This document shows positions 23,754 to 26,012 of a stretch of DNA of 26,012 bases, in pieces. The notes below the pieces were generated by a model that made no database searches, was not told the origin of the DNA, and saw only the letters and a program-made list of their open reading frames with translations. Numbering within the stretch: the first letter of the stretch is position 1; the number at the start of each line of letters is the position of its first letter. The DNA is from Comamonadaceae bacterium (GTDB taxonomy: Bacteria; Pseudomonadota; Gammaproteobacteria; Burkholderiales; Burkholderiaceae_C): contig JAAFHN010000002.1 in NCBI GenBank assembly GCA_013298415.1, forward strand, positions 1-26,012. Direction: 5' to 3'. Position numbers and translations under genes: made by a program.

Positions 23754-23785
23754 GGGGGCTGGGGTTGGGGCTAGGGGCTAAGGGG
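23754..23785 (+). other. Putative G-quadruplex-forming tract
   Basis: GGGGG-CT-GGGG-TT-GGGG-CTA-GGGG-CTAA-GGGG. Confidence 0.7.
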
Positions 23786-25613
23786 TGGCTAGGTCGGTGG
23801 TGGGCACAGTGGCTTCTTGCTCAGGGGCCAAGCCAAAGCGCTTAGACGCGTCGTAGGGGAACACATCATGCACATGCCCTGCGCGGATGCGGTCTTTGTG
23901 GTCTTGCCAAAACTTTGCATCCAGCAAATCGCTGTGTTCGCGCATGAAAATTTCCCGCACATCGGGGTTGCCGAGCAAAAACGGGCCAAAGGTCTCGGGA
24001 AACACGTCGTTTTTGGCAACGGAATACCAAACCTCGCCTGACATTTCTTCTTCTTCGTTGCGTGCAGCGGGCACGCGGCGGAAGTTGCAGTCGGTCATGT
24101 ACTCGATCTCGTCGTAGTCGTAGAACACCACTTTGTCATGCCGCGTCACGCCAAAGTTTTTCCAAAGCATGTCGCCGGGGAAGATGTTGGCCCGCACCAA
24201 GTCTTTGATCGCGTTGCCGTATTCCAGCACTGCATGCGCCATGTGCCGCTTCGCTTTGGAGCCAGGTGGCGCGTCAAAGCAATCTTGCAGGTAAATATTG
24301 AGCGGCACCATGCGGCGCTCGATGTAGAGGTGTTTCAAGATCACCTCAATTTGCCCATCGCCATCGCGGTCTGAAATCTCAAGCTGGCTGGGCGCGAATT
24401 TTTGGATTTCGGCAATCAGCTCATCGTCAAAACGCACGCGGGGAAAGGCCACGTCGCTGTATTCCAGCGTATCAGCCATGCGGCCCACGCGGTCGTGCTG
24501 CTTCACGAGCAAATACTTGCTTTTGATGATCTCGCGGGTCGTGTCTTTTTGCGGCGGATAGTAATCCTTGATGAGCTTGAACACATAGGGAAAGCTGGGC
24601 AAATCAAACACCAGCATCACCATGCCCTTGATGCCAGGTGCGATGCGAAAGCGGTCTGAGCTGTGGCGCAGGTGATCCAAAAATTCGCGGTAAAAGAGTG
24701 TTTTACCCTGCTTGGCAAGGCCCAGTGCGCTGTAAATCTCAGCACGCGGCTTGCGCGGCATGAGCGCGTGCAAAAACTGCACAAAAGCCGATGGAATTTC
24801 CATTTCCACCATGAAGTAGGCGCGAGCGAATGAGAAAAGCAGCAGCAAATCGTCTTCGCCAAAGAGTGCTGCATCAACCGCCAACTCACCGCTCGCCGTG
24901 TGCAGAATCGGCAAGGCAAAGGGCAGCTCAGTGTCGCCGTTGATGATCTTGCCAATCACATACGCGCCTTTGTTGCGGAAAAAGAGGCTAGAGAGCACTT
25001 GCAACTGGAAATTCGCGCTCAAGCGGTGGCTGCCGATGTGGGCCAGCATCGCCTCGTGAACGCAAGCTGCATCGTGCGCCAAATGCGCAAAGGGCAGCTT
25101 CAGCTGGAAGTTGTTCACGATGCGCTCAATCTCGGCCAGCAGCGTGTCGCGGGTGGGGTAGTAAGCGCGGTAGGTGAGCGTGGCGGCAGGCTCGGTGTTT
25201 TCGATGTACTCCGTGCTCACCGCAGGGCGCACAAAGATGAAATCGTTGTGAAAGTAAGTGCGGTGCAGGATTTTGGTGGTGACGGAATTGAAAAACGTCT
25301 CGGCCAATTCCGGCTGGTGGTGATCGATCAATAGGCCGATGTAGTGCAGCTTCACTTGACTCCACACGCTCATTTCTTGCTGGTCGGCCGCGTACTCGCC
25401 TTGCAGCCGATCCACGGCTTCTTTCACCCGCAAGTCGTAGAACTCAATGCGTTCGCGCTGCGCGCGCTGTTGGCCGTGCCAATCAGCCGCTTCATAGCGC
25501 GCCTTGGCCTTGGCCGATTCGGCGCGAAACAGCGTGTAGTGGCGGTTGAAGCCATCCAACATCGCGCGAGCGATGTCGTAGGCGAGCGTGGAGTCAAGGC
25601 GTTGGGGAAACAT
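23778..25613 (-). CDS. aceK: Isocitrate dehydrogenase kinase/phosphatase
   Basis: [51 protein letters not shown] and FYDYDEI. ATG 25613, or TTG 25619. Confidence 0.97.
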   Translation of the reverse strand: MFPQRLDSTLAYDIARAMLDGFNRHYTLFRAESAKAKARYEAADWHGQQRAQRERIEFYDLRVKEAVDRLQGEYAADQQEMSVWSQVKLHYIGLLIDHHQPELAETFFNSVTTKILHRTYFHNDFIFVRPAVSTEYIENTEPAATLTYRAYYPTRDTLLAEIERIVNNFQLKLPFAHLAHDAACVHEAMLAHIGSHRLSANFQLQVLSSLFFRNKGAYVIGKIINGDTELPFALPILHTASGELAVDAALFGEDDLLLLFSFARAYFMVEMEIPSAFVQFLHALMPRKPRAEIYSALGLAKQGKTLFYREFLDHLRHSSDRFRIAPGIKGMVMLVFDLPSFPYVFKLIKDYYPPQKDTTREIIKSKYLLVKQHDRVGRMADTLEYSDVAFPRVRFDDELIAEIQKFAPSQLEISDRDGDGQIEVILKHLYIERRMVPLNIYLQDCFDAPPGSKAKRHMAHAVLEYGNAIKDLVRANIFPGDMLWKNFGVTRHDKVVFYDYDEIEYMTDCNFRRVPAARNEEEEMSGEVWYSVAKNDVFPETFGPFLLGNPDVREIFMREHSDLLDAKFWQDHKDRIRAGHVHDVFPYDASKRFGLAPEQEATVPTTDLATP

Positions 25614-25615
25614 AC

Positions 25616-26012
25616 TCAAGTATTTTGCTGCAATGCAGCAATCGCATTGTCTCGGATTCTGCGCACACTGGCCTCTTCAAACATGGTCACTTTCAGGTCT
25701 TTCACCAAGCCATCGTGGATGCCGTAAATCCAGCCGTGAACGCTGACCGCCTGCTTGCGCTGCCAGGCATCGAGCAGCACGGTGGACAGCGCCACGTGCG
25801 CGACTTGCTCGATCACGTTCAGCTCGCACAGCCTGGCCAAGCGCTCCGATTCAGGCAGGGCTTCCAAGTGCCCTGCGTGGCGATCTCGCACATCGCGGAT
25901 GTGCTGAATCCAGTTGTCGGCCAAGCCCACGCGCAGGTCTTGCAGCGCCGCTTGCACACCACCACATCCGTAGTGCCCGCACACGATCACGTGCTCCACC
26001 TTGAGCACATCC
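25616..26012 (-). CDS. can: Beta-class carbonic anhydrase, C-terminal part (5' end outside the window)
   Basis: [12 protein letters not shown] zinc-ligand motif, [10 protein letters not shown] and VHGWIYG. Confidence 0.93.
   Translation of the reverse strand, partial: DVLKVEHVIVCGHYGCGGVQAALQDLRVGLADNWIQHIRDVRDRHAGHLEALPESERLARLCELNVIEQVAHVALSTVLLDAWQRKQAVSVHGWIYGIHDGLVKDLKVTMFEEASVRRIRDNAIAALQQNT

Noticed and set aside
23761-23785. Resemblance of GGGGTTGGGG/GGGGCTA to eukaryotic telomere repeats
   Set aside because: Units are irregular and few, within a normal bacterial operon junction. Retained only as a G4 candidate.

Overview
A 26-kb GC-rich window of core metabolic chromosome. Gene content and protein style suggest a Burkholderiales/Comamonadaceae-like betaproteobacterium (inference). 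From left to right it holds: the 3' end of a probable CBS/DUF294 nucleotidyltransferase plus a DEDDh exonuclease; ilvA-cobT-cobS-cobC (-); an OsmC-like gene and coq7; a porin followed by a Dpp/Opp-type ABC operon with an embedded M20 amidohydrolase; a rhodanese and a divergent Ala-rich lipoprotein; a TRAP transporter dctPQM (-) with a greatly enlarged DctM; and a can-aceK-thiolase-SDR-small ORF-NTF2-like-acyl-CoA dehydrogenase run (-). I saw no rRNA, tRNA, CRISPR array, transposase, integrase or phage gene. The unusual signals are small-scale: (i) a degenerate ~60-bp intergenic element in three copies with identical internal spacing; (ii) a 57-bp near-perfect hairpin with an NtrC-box-like core upstream of the porin; (iii) a ~150-bp nested REP/MITE-like inverted repeat; (iv) an 8x (G/A)LKEPPG repeat insert in DctM; (v) a 65-aa ORF resembling only the C-terminal half of an antitoxin, with no toxin gene; (vi) a G4-forming tract between aceK and the thiolase. 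No large novel system can be firmly claimed from the sequence alone. Family assignments rest on motif recognition, not database searches.
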